Of a DNA stretch of 32,103 nucleotides, positions 30,988 through 32,103 are shown one piece after another. Position 1 is the stretch's first letter; each line of letters begins with the position of its first letter. This stretch comes from Actinomycetota bacterium. GTDB lineage: Bacteria; Actinomycetota; Actinomycetes; S36-B12. The position numbers were made by a program, and so were the translations under genes. The stretch lies in the NCBI GenBank assembly GCA_016870425.1, contig VGBQ01000003.1, forward strand, positions 1 to 32,103, in the 5' to 3' direction. The notes beneath the pieces were generated by a model. It saw nothing but the letters and a program-made list of their open reading frames with translations. It had not been told where the DNA came from and searched no databases.

Positions 30988-32103
30988 CGGCCTTGGCCTC
31001 CTTGCGATGCCGGTAGAACGGCGCGTGGTCAGGCGGCAGCGGTGTCGCGCCCTTGATGATGTCGGCGGCCTTCTCCGCGATCATCATCGTCGGCGCGTAG
31101 AGATTGCCGTTGGTGACGTAGGGCATCACCGAGGCATCGACGACGCGCAGCCCCTCCGTGCCGTGCACGCGCATCGTGAGGGGATCGATGACGGACATCT
31201 CGTCGACACCCATCTTGGCCGTGCACGAGGGGTGGTAAGCCGTCTCGCCGTCCTTGCGGACCCAGTCGAGGATCTGCTCATCGGTCTCCACCTGGGATCC
31301 GGGCGAGATCTCGCCGCCGCTGTATGGCGCGAACGCGGGCTGGTCGAGGATCTCGCGCGTCTTGTGGATCGCCTCGACCCACTCGCGCTTGTCCTGCTCG
31401 GTCGACAGGTAATTGAAGACGAACGCCGGCGGCGCCATCGGGTCCGCGCTGGTGATCCAGAGCTTGCCGCGCGCATCGGAGTACATCGGTCCGATGTGCA
31501 CCTGGTAGCCGTGGCCCTCCGCGATCGACGACCCGTCGTAGCGCACGGCGATCGGCAGGAAGTGGTACATCAGGTTGGGGTAGTCGACATCCTCGTTGCT
31601 GCGGATGAACCCGCCCGCCTCGAAGTGGTTGGACGCACCGGGCCCCGACCGCAGGAAGAGCCACTGGGCGCCGATGAAGGGGCGCCGCCAGAACTGCAGG
31701 TTGGGGTTAAGGGACACCGGCTGCGTGCAGGCGTGCTGCACGTAGACCTCCAGGTGGTCCTGGAGGTTCTCTCCCACGCCGGGAAGGTTGTGGACCGGAT
31801 CAACTCCGACCGAACGCAGGTGCTCGGCATTGCCGATGCCGGACAGCTGCAGCAACTGCGGGGAGTTGAAGGCGCCGCCGGCGAGGATGACCTCGGATCC
31901 GCGCACCCGGACCGGTCGCTTGCCGCCGATGGAGACCTCGACACCGGTCGCACGCGGAGTGCCGCTGGATGAGTCCATCACGACGCGCGTGACGTGCGCA
32001 CGGGTCTTGACAGTGAGGTTGGTGCGCGACTTGGCGGGTCGGAGGTAGGCCTTCGTCGCGGAGTAGCGCCGACCGTTGTGGACATTGCGGTCGAACGCCG
32101 CGA
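30980..32103 (-). CDS. betA: Choline dehydrogenase (GMC oxidoreductase), 5'-truncated by the window edge
   Basis: Frame stays open to the edge ([22 protein letters not shown]); motifs [82 protein letters not shown]. Confidence 0.95.
   Translation of the reverse strand, partial: AAFDRNVHNGRRYSATKAYLRPAKSRTNLTVKTRAHVTRVVMDSSSGTPRATGVEVSIGGKRPVRVRGSEVILAGGAFNSPQLLQLSGIGNAEHLRSVGVDPVHNLPGVGENLQDHLEVYVQHACTQPVSLNPNLQFWRRPFIGAQWLFLRSGPGASNHFEAGGFIRSNEDVDYPNLMYHFLPIAVRYDGSSIAEGHGYQVHIGPMYSDARGKLWITSADPMAPPAFVFNYLSTEQDKREWVEAIHKTREILDQPAFAPYSGGEISPGSQVETDEQILDWVRKDGETAYHPSCTAKMGVDEMSVIDPLTMRVHGTEGLRVVDASVMPYVTNGNLYAPTMMIAEKAADIIKGATPLPPDHAPFYRHRKEAKADA

Overview
High-GC actinobacterial core-genome region that is almost fully coding. 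I found no mobile element, CRISPR array, tRNA or rRNA. From left to right: secA (3'-truncated), an atypical LuxR-type regulator and comF, all on the minus strand; a plus-strand block ahcY-CPBP protease-mtrA-mtrB-lpqB; a minus-strand run (in transcription order) whiB, large GT2/membrane glycosyltransferase, DUF5719-like, DUF3499-like, manB, Trm112-like, manA; F420 genes (fbiC divergent from cofD-fbiB); a mannose-1-phosphate guanylyltransferase; and a choline/glycine-betaine cluster betA (5'-truncated)-betB-proV-proW-proX. The points most worth checking are: an apparent 6.3-kb inversion of the ahcY-lpqB block relative to the usual actinobacterial order; a 17-bp bidirectional leaderless promoter between fbiC and cofD; a whiB promoter with a perfect GACAC palindrome and structured leader; a probable CTG start coupling the glycosyltransferase to whiB; an uncharacterised GT2 + multi-TM glycosylation module; and a pseudo-receiver regulator. 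Gene families were called from recognised motifs and remembered synteny, not from database searches.
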